Source: an uncultured Chloroflexia bacterium (GTDB lineage: Bacteria; Chloroflexota; Chloroflexia; Thermomicrobiales; CFX8). Taken from it: 64,000 bases of DNA. Location of the stretch: positions 392,327 through 456,326 of the forward strand of contig CAVSNU010000002.1 in NCBI GenBank assembly GCA_963729445.1, given 5' to 3'. Numbering within the stretch: the first letter of the stretch is position 1; every line of letters starts with the position of its first letter. A program made the position numbers and the translations under genes. The notes beneath the pieces were generated by a model, which was not told where the DNA came from, ran no database searches, and worked only from the letters and a program-made list of their open reading frames with translations. Positions 43,652 through 53,550 of the stretch are shown here, piece after piece.

Positions 43652-45313
43652 ATGGCTGCCAGCGATGCATCGTCCACCGTCCACACTCCGTCTGACACCA
43701 CGAGTACGGTCCATTGGACCGTAGCCCTCCTGCTTGGGCTCGCGGCACTGACCGCGAGCCTCGGCATATGGTGGATTGGATACGGCGCAGGGTTTGCACC
43801 GTTCCCACCCTTCGACCTCGCCGACCAGTTGATCCGTGTCGCGCCCGGCGAGGTCGCTGTCTGGGCGATCGCCAACCTCCAGTTCAACGCTCGCCGGCTC
43901 GCGCTGCTGGGTGGCATTCTCGCTTTCCTGGCGTTGGGCGCGGCTCTCGGACTGCTGCTCCGCCAGCGGGCGGGGGCGCTCACCGGCACGCTTTTGGGCG
44001 TGCTGCTCGCGCCGCTGGCTGTCTCGATCTCCTTCGCGAACGACCAGGCGTCGGGTTTCGGAGCAGCGATCTGGCTCACCCTCTGGTTCGGATTGACCCT
44101 GGCAGCCCCCCTGGCGCTGGCCGGACACTGGATCGAGCGCCTGCAGATCGACCTGCATGATCGAGTCACGAATCAGGATCACTGGCTGGACGCTCCCGGA
44201 AGCCACAGCAGACGAGACGTGTTGAAGCGCGCCACCGGCGGTGCGCTGGCGCTTGGGTTCGGTGGTTGGGCACTAGGATCGCTCCTGCGCAACACCGAAG
44301 TTGGCGACGTTGCGACCGCGGACGCCGAGCCCCTGGAGGACGTTCGCGCCGGACTGGCAGCAACACCCGGTGCTACGCCTCCGCTCCCGACACCGGTTCC
44401 CGCAATCGAGATCTCGAGCAGCTTCGTTGTTCCAGATGGTGTCAGGTCACGCATCACGCCCAACGATGACTTCTACCTGATCGACATCAACACACGCAAA
44501 CCGGCCATAGCGGAAACCAGCTGGACCCTCAGGGTGCACGGGCTCGTCAACCAGGAGATCGTCTTGAGCTACAACGATCTGCTCAACCTGCCGCCGGTTG
44601 AGATGGACGGCACCGCGATGTGCATCTCCTACACGTACGACAACGACCTCATCAGCACCACCCGCTGGACCGGCGTACCGCTGCGCGATGTATTGCAGAT
44701 GGCTGGCATCGCTGACGGGGCTTTCAAGATCGTGTTCAAGGGAGCGGGGGACTACAGTGACTCCATCCCTGTCGCGAAGGCGCTTGAGGCAACGACGCTG
44801 CTGGCATACGGGATGAACGGCGACTCCTTGCCCCGTGAACACGGCTTCCCGTGCCGCGTTTACGTGCCCAACGTCTATGGCGAGAAGAGCGTGAAGTGGC
44901 TGGAGGAGATTCAGATCGTCGATTTCGATTACCAGGGCTACTGGCAGGAACGCGGTTGGTCGGACGACGCCGTGATCTACGCCATTTCCATCATCGACAC
45001 GCCACATAGGGAATCCGCGCGCAGCGCTGCGGGGACGGTTCCCGTCGGCGGAGTTGCATTTGCCGGCTCACGCGGCATTCAGAGTGTCCGGATACAGATC
45101 GATGGTGGCCCCTGGGCAGAGACAACCGTCGAGCCGTATGAACCCGCGCTCGTCTGGCAGCGTTGGACCTATGACTGGCTGGCCGAACCCGGCGAGCACA
45201 CGCTCACCGTCCAGGCCACTGATGGCGAGGGCAACGACCAGCTGACCGAGACGAATCCCCCATTCCCCGATGGGATGACCGGTCTCCATGAGGTTCAAGT
45301 TCGGGTGTTGTAA
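43652..45313 (+). CDS. molybdopterin-dependent oxidoreductase (sulfite-oxidase fold) fused to an N-terminal membrane domain
   Basis: About 6 TM helices, then a Moco-binding domain (F....N...P.I....W.L.V.G.V.....L.....L........MCIS........W.GVPL.D.L) and a C-terminal Ig-like dimerisation domain. Confidence 0.8.
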   Translation: MAASDASSTVHTPSDTTSTVHWTVALLLGLAALTASLGIWWIGYGAGFAPFPPFDLADQLIRVAPGEVAVWAIANLQFNARRLALLGGILAFLALGAALGLLLRQRAGALTGTLLGVLLAPLAVSISFANDQASGFGAAIWLTLWFGLTLAAPLALAGHWIERLQIDLHDRVTNQDHWLDAPGSHSRRDVLKRATGGALALGFGGWALGSLLRNTEVGDVATADAEPLEDVRAGLAATPGATPPLPTPVPAIEISSSFVVPDGVRSRITPNDDFYLIDINTRKPAIAETSWTLRVHGLVNQEIVLSYNDLLNLPPVEMDGTAMCISYTYDNDLISTTRWTGVPLRDVLQMAGIADGAFKIVFKGAGDYSDSIPVAKALEATTLLAYGMNGDSLPREHGFPCRVYVPNVYGEKSVKWLEEIQIVDFDYQGYWQERGWSDDAVIYAISIIDTPHRESARSAAGTVPVGGVAFAGSRGIQSVRIQIDGGPWAETTVEPYEPALVWQRWTYDWLAEPGEHTLTVQATDGEGNDQLTETNPPFPDGMTGLHEVQVRVL

Positions 45314-45370
45314 CATGGCCAGCGTTGGCATGATCCGACGACGAACCGTTCGTTTCGAAACGTACCTGGA

Positions 45371-46582
45371 GTGCTGGAATTGATGACTGACGTGACCGGC
45401 CCGCTGACGGGCATTCGGGTATTGGACCTGTCGCGAGTGCTCGCCGGACCCTATTGCACGATGGTGCTCGGCGATCTCGGTGCGGAAATCATCAAGGTCG
45501 AGCGGCCCGGTACTGGAGACGACACCCGCGCCTGGGGTCCGCCTTGGGCCGGTGGGGAGAGTGCCTACTACCTCTCGGTGAATCGCAACAAGCGCAGCAT
45601 CACACTCGATATCAAGCAGCCCGAGGCGCAAGGGATCATCCGCGATCTCGCGGCCAAGAGCGATATCGTTGTTGAAAACTACAAACTCGGCACCCTCGAA
45701 AAGCTGGGCCTCGGCTACGACGATCTGTGCAAGGCGAATCCACGGCTGATCTGGGCCACGATCTCCGGCTATGGGCCGGACGGTCCGTATGCAGACCGGC
45801 CGGGGTACGACTTTGTTGCCCAGGGCGAGGCCGGCATCATGGCAATCACCGGCGAGCCGGACGGCGACCCGATGAAAGTCGGTGTTGCCATCGTCGACGT
45901 CACGACAGGTCTCTATACCGCCGTCGCTGTCCTGGCTGCGTTACGAGAGCGTGAAACCAGCGGCTGCGGCCAGCGCGTTGATTCCAACCTGATGTCGTCG
46001 GCAGTGGCCTGGCTCGTCAACGTTGGCTCCAACCACCTGATATCGGGCAACCCTGCCAAGCGCTACGGTAACGCGCACGCCAATATCGTGCCGTATCAGG
46101 TCTTCAAGGCCTGCGACCAACACATCACGGTGGCAGTCGGCAACGATGGCCAGTTCCGCGAGCTGTGCCGCATTCTCGGCATCCCGGAATACGGCACTGA
46201 TCCGCGGTACAGCACCAACCCTGCGCGTGTCGAGAACCGCGATGAGCTGGTAGCCAAGATCCAGGAGATTATCGAAACCCGCAGCGCGCAGGAGTGGCTG
46301 GACGAGATCACCGCAGCAGGCATCCCCAGCGGCCCGATCAACTCTGTCGAGCAGGTCTTCAGTCATCCGCAGGTGCTGGCGCGTAACATGGTTGTAGAGA
46401 CCGAGCACCCGACGGCCGGCTCGATCCGCATGGCGGGCATCCCGTTCGAGCTATCCCGTACCCCGGCGACGGTTCGCAGCGCCCCGCCTTTGCTTGGAGA
46501 ACACACCGCTGCTGTGCTGGCTGAGGTGCTAGGCATGTCAGAGGACGACATTAGCTCACTCCGCGAGAGAGGCGTGCTCTAA
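45371..46582 (+). CDS. family III CoA-transferase (CaiB/BaiF/Frc type)
   Basis: GPL.GIRVLDLSRVLAGPYCTM.LGDLGAE.IKVE.P..GDD.R signature. Confidence 0.9.
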   Translation: MLELMTDVTGPLTGIRVLDLSRVLAGPYCTMVLGDLGAEIIKVERPGTGDDTRAWGPPWAGGESAYYLSVNRNKRSITLDIKQPEAQGIIRDLAAKSDIVVENYKLGTLEKLGLGYDDLCKANPRLIWATISGYGPDGPYADRPGYDFVAQGEAGIMAITGEPDGDPMKVGVAIVDVTTGLYTAVAVLAALRERETSGCGQRVDSNLMSSAVAWLVNVGSNHLISGNPAKRYGNAHANIVPYQVFKACDQHITVAVGNDGQFRELCRILGIPEYGTDPRYSTNPARVENRDELVAKIQEIIETRSAQEWLDEITAAGIPSGPINSVEQVFSHPQVLARNMVVETEHPTAGSIRMAGIPFELSRTPATVRSAPPLLGEHTAAVLAEVLGMSEDDISSLRERGVL

Positions 46583-46583
46583 A

Positions 46584-47291
46584 ATGAGCGACGATAGAAA
46601 CCCGACCGGACCAGCACGTGAAAATATGTACCAGTCCATGGCAGTGAAGCTTGTGAACTCCGGCGTGCGCACGCCGGCTGCCGAGTTCGTCAAAGAGGTG
46701 CGTGCGGCGGCGGGCTTCCGGGCGTCACCCCGCCAGATAACCGCCGCGCTGGATGGACTGAGCGATGCAGGCGAGCCAATCGATGTAGATTCCGTGGCCG
46801 GCGTGGTCGTGAGATCGCAAGGGGACCGCTCGCAGCGCCAGCGCCGCAACGCGCGCGAGTGGAACGCCCTCGGCGCAGCGCTGACGTTACAGGGGCTCGA
46901 CGGCACCCCCGAAGGCCAGCGGGAGTTCCTCGGCATCACCAGGCAAGTTGCGGGCTCGCACGCCAACGACGCGCTGCTGCTACAGATCAGCCTGGTACTG
47001 GCCGGCGAGGGCATCGAGCTCTCGAGCCGCACGGTGGGTCTGATCGGCAAACGTCTGGCGACGAGCGCTCCCGACCTCACCGAGCAACAAGTCGCTGACC
47101 AGGCACTCAGAGAATATGCCCGTTTGACCCGCCCGCAGCCAACGCCGCGTCAGCAACGCAAGACGTCAGTCGCTGCCCGCAGAACCGGCCCGGTCGAGTA
47201 CCAGAACAAACCCGGCAAGCGCCGCTGGAAACCCGGAGGCCGCCGCCGCCGGACAATCCACTTCCCAGAGAAGCCGGCCGACGACCGTTAG
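46584..47291 (+). CDS. hypothetical protein with a strongly basic C-terminus
   Basis: The ATG is 1 nt after the CoA-transferase stop, and GC3 is high. No family recognised. The equal-length antisense ORF (46556-47080) has a low-complexity Ser/Ala/Arg/Pro-rich (SARP-rich) composition typical of a shadow frame. Confidence 0.45.
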   Translation: MSDDRNPTGPARENMYQSMAVKLVNSGVRTPAAEFVKEVRAAAGFRASPRQITAALDGLSDAGEPIDVDSVAGVVVRSQGDRSQRQRRNAREWNALGAALTLQGLDGTPEGQREFLGITRQVAGSHANDALLLQISLVLAGEGIELSSRTVGLIGKRLATSAPDLTEQQVADQALREYARLTRPQPTPRQQRKTSVAARRTGPVEYQNKPGKRRWKPGGRRRRTIHFPEKPADDR

Positions 47292-47371
47292 CGACGCCCG
47301 ATCACCGACCGGAGCGTCCTTGCCAAGGCGATGAGGCATGCGAGCCCTGTTCGGGCCGCCAACGAGAATGC

Positions 47372-47396
47372 GTAGGGGCGTAATTCATTGCGCCCT
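47372..47396. repeat. family B hairpin unit, single arm (GTAGGGGCGTAATTCATTGCGCCCT)
   Basis: Closely resembles each arm of the 53551-53629 element (GTAGCGGCGCAATTTATTGCGCC). Confidence 0.5.
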
Positions 47397-47438
47397 GCCT
47401 GGCCACCCGTGTGTTTGGACAGGCATCCTAAGCCCCTT

Positions 47439-47536
47439 AGTCATCCTGAGCGTCAGCGAAGGATCTCGCTTGTGTGAGCCCCTCCTATACCGGTAGCACG
47501 TCCGATCAGGATGATTGGATCACCACGCAGGGTGAC
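47439..47536. repeat. family A palindromic repeat, short copy
   Basis: TAGTCATCCTGAGCGTCAGCGAAGGATCTC, then a spacer, then GATCAGGATGATTGGATCACCACGCAGGGTGAC. Confidence 0.7.
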
Positions 47537-47553
47537 GCGCACCCCGTTCGAAC

Positions 47554-48459
47554 CTAGGCCGGCGGCTGGGTCTCAGGCGTTGCGTTGATGCCGGTCACCA
47601 GGTAGTCAATACCAATCGACTGAGTCGAGCCACCCCGCCCGGTCCAATCCACTTCGACTTCCATCTGAATCACCACACCAAGCTCGTTATCAACCCACAC
47701 GTCGAAGGTGCCCTCGACATCATTACCAGCCTCACTCTGGGATGGCCGAAATGCCGAGGCGTCGGCCGGATCGAGCTCGTAGTGAGTGGTGCTTCGGCCC
47801 TGGACATCCACGTCGTCGTCCACGACCCCGGCTGACTCGATTACCCGCAAATCGGGAACGAGGACCAGGAAGCTTGCCGGAGCGTAGAGGTTCTGGTCTA
47901 CCAGCCCGGGTAGCTCCACGACCGCCCCGCCGGGGCCGCGCACATAAATGACCTCGTTGACGCGCCAGGCTTCAGTGTGCACTGCACCAGTTGCCACCTG
48001 GAGGTGGTAGGAATCGGCGCGCGCCTGCTCAATCCGTAGATCGACGGTGCCGTCTTCCTCATCAGCGCCATCGAAGCGCGCCGAATAATCCAGCGTGTAG
48101 TTGGTGAGTGCGTCTCCAACCGGCGGGGTCGTCTCGAACGGCTTCGCAACCGTCGGTAGCGGAGTTGCAGTCGGAGTCGGGGTCCGGGTTGGAGATGGAG
48201 TGGGAGGTTCCGGGGTTGGTGAGGACGTTCTCGTGGCCGTTGCATTCGGGGTGCTCGTCTGTACAACGGTCGATGTGGGCTCTGTCTCGGCGGCTTCCGT
48301 CGAGGTAGGGCCTGACGGCGCCACGGTGCTCGTCTGGTTATCGGCCTCGCTGTCAGCGTCGCCGCCTCCACCACAAGCTACCAGGAGCGCCAGACTCAAA
48401 ACCGTGACAAAAACGAGCGCGCCGCCCCGGCGCGCGACCTTCAGACTACACAACTGCAC
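47554..48459 (-). CDS. lipoprotein with a Thr/Pro-rich linker and a beta-rich C-terminal domain
   Basis: Signal peptide with lipobox LLVAC, followed by a TPTP-rich linker. It is the last gene of the anti-sigma string. Confidence 0.6.
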   Translation of the reverse strand: MQLCSLKVARRGGALVFVTVLSLALLVACGGGGDADSEADNQTSTVAPSGPTSTEAAETEPTSTVVQTSTPNATATRTSSPTPEPPTPSPTRTPTPTATPLPTVAKPFETTPPVGDALTNYTLDYSARFDGADEEDGTVDLRIEQARADSYHLQVATGAVHTEAWRVNEVIYVRGPGGAVVELPGLVDQNLYAPASFLVLVPDLRVIESAGVVDDDVDVQGRSTTHYELDPADASAFRPSQSEAGNDVEGTFDVWVDNELGVVIQMEVEVDWTGRGGSTQSIGIDYLVTGINATPETQPPA

Positions 48460-48478
48460 TATCTATCCCTCTGCATCG

Positions 48479-48934
48479 TTACCAGGTGATCTGTACCGCC
48501 GGCCCATCTCCACCAGACCACTCAACCAGATGAGCCACCGGACGGACGAACCCCGAACGCAAGTCTTCCACCAGGATCTCACGCAGCGCCATCGGCTCTA
48601 ACCGCAGATCGCTCCTGGTGAGCGACACAAACTCGCCGCGCAGCTCGTCACCCTCGCCGATGTCTGCGGGGAGATTACACTGCACACCCACGATGATTGA
48701 CCCGTTTTGCTGCTCCAACAGATAGACCAGCCGTACTGGGTCCGGCACGAAGCCGGCTCGTTCCAGAACTACCCTGGCGGCAGCGTCCATGAGACGCTCG
48801 CCTATCTGAAGTGGTGCGCAGGGAAGCACGAGCGCGTCGCCGCGCCGCAACACCAGGAGCTCATCGCCGCCGTACTCATCGGAAAGCGGGACAATCGCCA
48901 CAACTCGAATTGCCGGCCGTTCGTTCACACTCAC
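48479..48934 (-). CDS. NUDIX-fold-like protein with a degenerate Nudix box
   Basis: IRVVAIVP...LLVLRR.....LP......GERLMDAAARVVLERAGF resembles a Nudix fold, but the REUxEE core is not intact. The start abuts the anti-sigma stop (48934/48935). Confidence 0.35.
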   Translation of the reverse strand: MSVNERPAIRVVAIVPLSDEYGGDELLVLRRGDALVLPCAPLQIGERLMDAAARVVLERAGFVPDPVRLVYLLEQQNGSIIVGVQCNLPADIGEGDELRGEFVSLTRSDLRLEPMALREILVEDLRSGFVRPVAHLVEWSGGDGPAVQITW

Positions 48935-49714
48935 TCAGACAATGGTAACGGATATACGCGGGGCACCACTTGGAGCGGAGCTGCCACCGGGTGGCTCGGC
49001 AGTGATCCAGAGCTCCTGGAAGGCCGTCACCGGGGCTTCTGCCCGCACGACCCCGAAGCCGCGGCCCTCTGCGTCAGTCGCGAACGTCCCGGCACTCACC
49101 AGCCGCTCGCCATCGACGAGCCAGAGCTGATACACGTGATTGTCGGTCACCGGCATATCCTCGACAACAATCCAGCCAACCTCCCCATCCTCGGTCCGGC
49201 AGAAGTAGCCCGAGACAGGTACGTCGGACGCAGCCGCGCTGAGCGCAGTCCAGACCAGCGGCCGTGAGAAATCCGTGGAAGGACGGGACATCGCCTGCTG
49301 AACATCGGCGAGTTGGCGGTCCAGGTCATTCGCGCGGTTCCAGAGCCCGACGATGACTCCGGCGAGGACAAGTACCAGCAGCGCTGCCGCAACCAGCCCT
49401 ATTCGTGCCGGCCGGTATCCCCGCTGGGGCAACACCACCGGGGCAGCGCGCTGACCCGCCGAGGCCAGCACCCGATCGCGGAGCGCAGCCGGCGGCGCCG
49501 TCAACGTCGCTGGCTGCGCCAGTGCGTCAGCGGTCAGCTGCAGGCTGCGATATTGATCGCGTAATGATTGCGAAACCGCTAACTCCTCTTCGACGAGGTC
49601 GCGCTCGTCGTCGTCGAGCGCCCCCAACGCGTAGGCAGGGAGCAAATCGACTACCTGTGTCGCGCGGTTGTCACTATCCATCGACGGAACCTCAGGCGGG
49701 TTCCTACTCTTCAC
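48935..49714 (-). CDS. RskA-type anti-sigma factor (single TM)
   Basis: N-terminal LLPAYALGALDDDERDLVEEELA.S..LRDQY, a central TM helix and a C-terminal RskA-like block (..YQLWLVDGERLVSAGTF.........). The start may be the ATG at 49681. Confidence 0.7.
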   Translation of the reverse strand: MKSRNPPEVPSMDSDNRATQVVDLLPAYALGALDDDERDLVEEELAVSQSLRDQYRSLQLTADALAQPATLTAPPAALRDRVLASAGQRAAPVVLPQRGYRPARIGLVAAALLVLVLAGVIVGLWNRANDLDRQLADVQQAMSRPSTDFSRPLVWTALSAAASDVPVSGYFCRTEDGEVGWIVVEDMPVTDNHVYQLWLVDGERLVSAGTFATDAEGRGFGVVRAEAPVTAFQELWITAEPPGGSSAPSGAPRISVTIV

Positions 49715-49868
49715 GCTCGTCCACCCCCGAGTGTCTGCTCGTTATCGGTAATCGCACCCCTCGGCGCGGGACACTCTTCCTACGCGCCTATCCGCATGCC
49801 GGATCTTAGACCGTCCCAGCCCACACCAGTCTACAGAACCGGGCCGCTGTACCGGGTGAGCACTATGC

Positions 49869-49897
49869 AGAAGCGACGCCCAACGGGCGTCGCTTCT
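49869..49897. terminator. 13-bp perfect hairpin between the LysM gene and the anti-sigma gene
   Basis: AGAAGCGACGCCC-aac-GGGCGTCGCTTCT lies 55 nt after the LysM-protein stop. There is no U-tract on the minus strand. Confidence 0.4.
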
Positions 49898-49951
49898 AGC
49901 TTCTTTAAGGAACATCCCTGAGCATGCGTTACCTGCCGCTACCCAACGAGC

Positions 49952-51379
49952 TTAGATTGGCGAGATCGCCAGACCCATGCCGTCGAAGTAGTTCCACGAG
50001 CGCATGAAGTCAGTCCAGTTGATGTGCGAGTAGCTGCCAGCGGAAAGGTCAACGATCAGGACACCCTCGTCATCGTAACCATAGACCACAACCGCCTGCT
50101 TCCCTGGCACGAGCGTGTATGGCCGGACTTCGTCCTCCACCCGCACCGGCTCGGCTTCGGCAGCCTGGTAGGTGATCCAGGCCACGACCGGCACGCCGCG
50201 GTCGATGCGAGACGTCAGCGCGCTGGCGTCACCGTCAGCGTAGAACTCTTCGCCCACGAAGCCGTGTTCCGCGATGGCCGCAGACAGCGGGCCGGCATAG
50301 ACGCCATAATCGTCAGTGCCGCCGAACTCCCCGTCGATGTCTCCACGGAATCCGATGTGTGGGTTATCCGAGAGCTCAAGCGACTCCATGAGCTTGTTCT
50401 CGGAGACCGAGGCTCCCCAGTAGGCAGTCGCAACCGCAACCGCACTCAGCTCGCTGCCAACTGCCGACGACTCGACTGCGGACGGCATTCCAACCATCTG
50501 CACGCCGGCCGTGTCTGCCGGCGGCACCTTCAGAATCATGCCGCTCGTCACGCCGCTCTGGGCCTGCCCGTTCGCGGCAAGCAGCTGCGCCACGCTGACG
50601 CCGTAGGTCTCGGCAATACTTTCGACGGTCTCGCCCGTTGTCACCAGGTGCAGCGTCGTCGAGCCAGCCTGCACTGAGGTCGGAGGAGTCTGAGACTCCA
50701 CAATGGTTGGAGGCGTCTGCGGCTCCACGCTGTTGTTCACCAACACCGGAGCGGCAACCTCATCGTTGCCGGTAGACGACACTGTCTCGGTGTTCTCCAC
50801 ATCCGTCTGTGGATCGGATTCTTCAGGAACCGCCGTATCGGAGGCGGCTTTGGTTGGAAGGACCAAAAGGTCACCGGTGACGATCAGGTCCGGGTTGAGC
50901 ATGCCGTTCGCTGCGGCTAACTCGTCTACGGTCACTCCCAGGCTCTCGGCGATCGACGTGAGCGTCTCACCGGAGATCACAGTGTGTGTCTGCTTGATGC
51001 TGTGACCTGTGACGTCCTCGACGGTCTCACCGTCCTCAACCGGCCTGATGAGCAGTTCGTCGTTGACAACAATCAGATCTGGATTCGACAGGTTGTTGAG
51101 CGCAACCAGCGCATCGACCGACGTGCCGTACTCCAGGGCAAGGTCGCTGAGGGTGTCGCCCTCCTGGACGCTATGGCTGAAAAACCCGGCCGCCAACGAC
51201 GCCGTTGCACCAACCACCAGAGTGGCCGTTGCAAGACTCGTCGCGACGAGTGTTCGTTTCGATCCTTTGAAAAGCCGCGCGCGAGTCGCTGCCCCTCGCC
51301 GCTCTGCGTCGCTCGGCGGTCGCATTCCTGCGGTCACTGGAGAACCCCCTTCCGCCTTCATCGATCTCACCCTGGGCAC
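49952..51379 (-). CDS. secreted/anchored 3 x LysM protein with a C-terminal C39-like cysteine-peptidase domain
   Basis: There are three LysM repeats (V..GDTLS.LA..YG.SV..L...N.L.NPDLI...D.L..P). The C-terminal block is ..GFRGDIDGEFGGTDDYGVYAGPL...I..HGF........D....L...I..G.PVV.W.... Confidence 0.7.
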   Translation of the reverse strand: MPRVRSMKAEGGSPVTAGMRPPSDAERRGAATRARLFKGSKRTLVATSLATATLVVGATASLAAGFFSHSVQEGDTLSDLALEYGTSVDALVALNNLSNPDLIVVNDELLIRPVEDGETVEDVTGHSIKQTHTVISGETLTSIAESLGVTVDELAAANGMLNPDLIVTGDLLVLPTKAASDTAVPEESDPQTDVENTETVSSTGNDEVAAPVLVNNSVEPQTPPTIVESQTPPTSVQAGSTTLHLVTTGETVESIAETYGVSVAQLLAANGQAQSGVTSGMILKVPPADTAGVQMVGMPSAVESSAVGSELSAVAVATAYWGASVSENKLMESLELSDNPHIGFRGDIDGEFGGTDDYGVYAGPLSAAIAEHGFVGEEFYADGDASALTSRIDRGVPVVAWITYQAAEAEPVRVEDEVRPYTLVPGKQAVVVYGYDDEGVLIVDLSAGSYSHINWTDFMRSWNYFDGMGLAISPI

Positions 51380-51559
51380 ACCTCTCCGAACGTTATGTTC
51401 GTACGAGGTGTACGTACACTATGCTTCAGAGAATATCAAATCCGTGACAGCCTGGCAACCCCGATCCGGATTTGACACATTGCGCCTGCAGTCTTGATAA
51501 TCGGACCTTGACCGGCTCGTCGCGGGGATGGCGGAGCCGGCAGAATGCGGGGTTGAAAC

Positions 51560-52291
51560 ATGACCAGGCTGCTCTTTTTGGAAGATTCCTATCAGCGGAC
51601 CTTCACCGCCAATGTGGTCGAGGTCACTGCCGAGGGCGGCGTTATCCTCGACCAGACGATCTTCTACCCGACCGGTGGCGGCCAGCCCCACGACACCGGA
51701 ACCCTGACTCAACGGCACAGCAGTTGGACCGTAGGCTCCGTTTCAAAGCGGGGGCCGGATGTGGTTCACCAACTTGAGAGCTCCGCGCCACTACCTGAAG
51801 TCGGCCTGCAGGTCAAAGGCGCGATCGATTGGGAGCGTCGCTACCGGCTGATGCGTACCCACACGGCCATGCACGTCCTGTGCGGGGTGATCTTCAACGA
51901 GCTCGGCGCGCTCGTCACCGGTGGGAACATGGCGCTGGACAAAGCCCGCATGGATTTCGAGCTTGAAGACCTCAATCCAGATCGCGTCGCCCGCATCGAA
52001 CAAAGCGCCAATGGGGCAATCGCAGCCGACCGTGCTGTAACCTGGCGCTCAATGCCTCGTGAGGAGGCATTTCAGATCCCCGACCTCATTCGCACCAAGA
52101 TCAACCTCCTGCCGGATTTCATCACCGAGGTGAGGGTCGTCACCATCGCCGGGCTCGACATGCAGGCAGATGGTGGCACCCACGTGCGCAACACGTCTGA
52201 GATTGGCGGGATCAAGATAATCGGTACGCGATCCAAAGGCCGCATCAACAAGCGGCTTGAGATTGCGCTCGTTGACACTGACGAACAGTGA
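51560..52291 (+). CDS. alaX: alanyl-tRNA editing protein (AlaX-M type)
   Basis: Ala/Thr-tRNA synthetase second additional (editing) domain motifs HTAMHVL and GGTHV, preceded by a small N-terminal beta-barrel (FYPTGGGQP.D.G). Confidence 0.8.
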   Translation: MTRLLFLEDSYQRTFTANVVEVTAEGGVILDQTIFYPTGGGQPHDTGTLTQRHSSWTVGSVSKRGPDVVHQLESSAPLPEVGLQVKGAIDWERRYRLMRTHTAMHVLCGVIFNELGALVTGGNMALDKARMDFELEDLNPDRVARIEQSANGAIAADRAVTWRSMPREEAFQIPDLIRTKINLLPDFITEVRVVTIAGLDMQADGGTHVRNTSEIGGIKIIGTRSKGRINKRLEIALVDTDEQ

Positions 52292-52294
52292 CAC

Positions 52295-53518
52295 ATGAAG
52301 CACCCACATGGAGGTAAACCGGTGACAATGCACTGGGAAAAGGTTGTCGCCGGCAGGGCGGCCAGGCTCGCTCCGCTGCCATTTTCGGACCTGGAAGGCA
52401 TCCGCGACATCGAGGATCTTATCTTTTTTGCTGGAGGTACCCCGCCCCTGGATCAGTTGCCAATCACCCGGCTACAGGAGGCCAGTGCCGGCGTATGGGA
52501 AGAAGCCGAAGGTATTCTCTATTACGGCGAGTCTCAGGGCCACGAACCGCTGCGACACCTGGTCGCCGAGCGCATGGCGGCCCGTGGAGTGCCGGCCGAT
52601 TCCGAGCACGTCCTGATCACCAACGGATCGCAGCAGGGGCTCGATCTCATTGCCCGCACCCTCTTCGACCCCGGCGATGTCGTGGTCGTGGAAGGACCCA
52701 CCTATTTCGGCGCGCTCCAGGCGTTCAACGCCTATGAGGTGCGGTATCGCGTTGCGCCGGTTGACGACGAGGGGCTGATCCCGGAAGAGCTCGAGCCGCT
52801 TCTGCAGCAGGACCCGCGCCCGAAGGCGATCTATACCGTCCCCACCTTTCAGAACCCGACCGGCGTCACCATTGCGCCGGAGCGCCGCCAGCGCATCGTT
52901 GAGCTATCGCTTGAGTACAACGTCCCGATCATCGAGGACGACCCCTATGGGGAGCTGTACTTTCCCGGAAACGAGGTGCCGCCGCTGCGGGCACTCGACC
53001 CAAACGTCGTCTACCTGGGGACGTTCTCAAAGACCCTCGCGCCGGCGCTCCGTATGGGCTGGATGGTCATGCCGGAAGCGTTGATCCCGCCACTGGTCAA
53101 CTCAAAGGAGGCCGTCGACATCCAGTCCGATCGCTTCGTGCAACGGGCCGTGGTGAGTGCTAGCGCGGATGGATGGCTCGATGCCCATCTTGACGAGGCG
53201 CGTGCCCTCTACCATGCACGCTGCCAGCGAATGTTGGCGGCACTCGAGCGCGAGATGCCGGCCGGTACGCACTGGATCACTCCACACGGCGGATTCTTCA
53301 TGTGGGTTACCCTGCCGGGCGGCATCATCAGCAACCTGCTGTTACCGACCGCCGGGCGGCACGGCGTGGCCTATCTACCCGGCTCGGCCTTCTATCCGGA
53401 CTGCCGGCACGAACCGACCCTGCGTCTCGGGTTCTCTACCCTGCCCGACGAGAAGATCGACGAGGGCATCCGCCGGCTCGGCCGGGCAACGGCGGAGGTC
53501 CTGGAGCGGCAGCCCTGA
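52295..53518 (+). CDS. class I/II PLP-dependent aminotransferase (2-aminoadipate/MocR-like catalytic domain)
   Basis: ...Y....G...LR..........G........I..T.GSQQ.LDL......PGD.V.VE.P.Y.GA ... FSKTL.P.LRMGW. The start may be GTG at 52322 (GGAGGT RBS) or ATG at 52328. Confidence 0.8.
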   Translation: MKHPHGGKPVTMHWEKVVAGRAARLAPLPFSDLEGIRDIEDLIFFAGGTPPLDQLPITRLQEASAGVWEEAEGILYYGESQGHEPLRHLVAERMAARGVPADSEHVLITNGSQQGLDLIARTLFDPGDVVVVEGPTYFGALQAFNAYEVRYRVAPVDDEGLIPEELEPLLQQDPRPKAIYTVPTFQNPTGVTIAPERRQRIVELSLEYNVPIIEDDPYGELYFPGNEVPPLRALDPNVVYLGTFSKTLAPALRMGWMVMPEALIPPLVNSKEAVDIQSDRFVQRAVVSASADGWLDAHLDEARALYHARCQRMLAALEREMPAGTHWITPHGGFFMWVTLPGGIISNLLLPTAGRHGVAYLPGSAFYPDCRHEPTLRLGFSTLPDEKIDEGIRRLGRATAEVLERQP

Positions 53519-53550
53519 GCGCGTTGTCACATAACCAGATGATCACAACC

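Noticed and set aside
49715-49951. A missed ECF sigma factor gene upstream of the anti-sigma factor.
   Set aside because: I read all frames of the 237-bp gap on the minus strand. There is no ORF of useful length and no sigma region 2 or 4 motifs. The gap holds only a hairpin.
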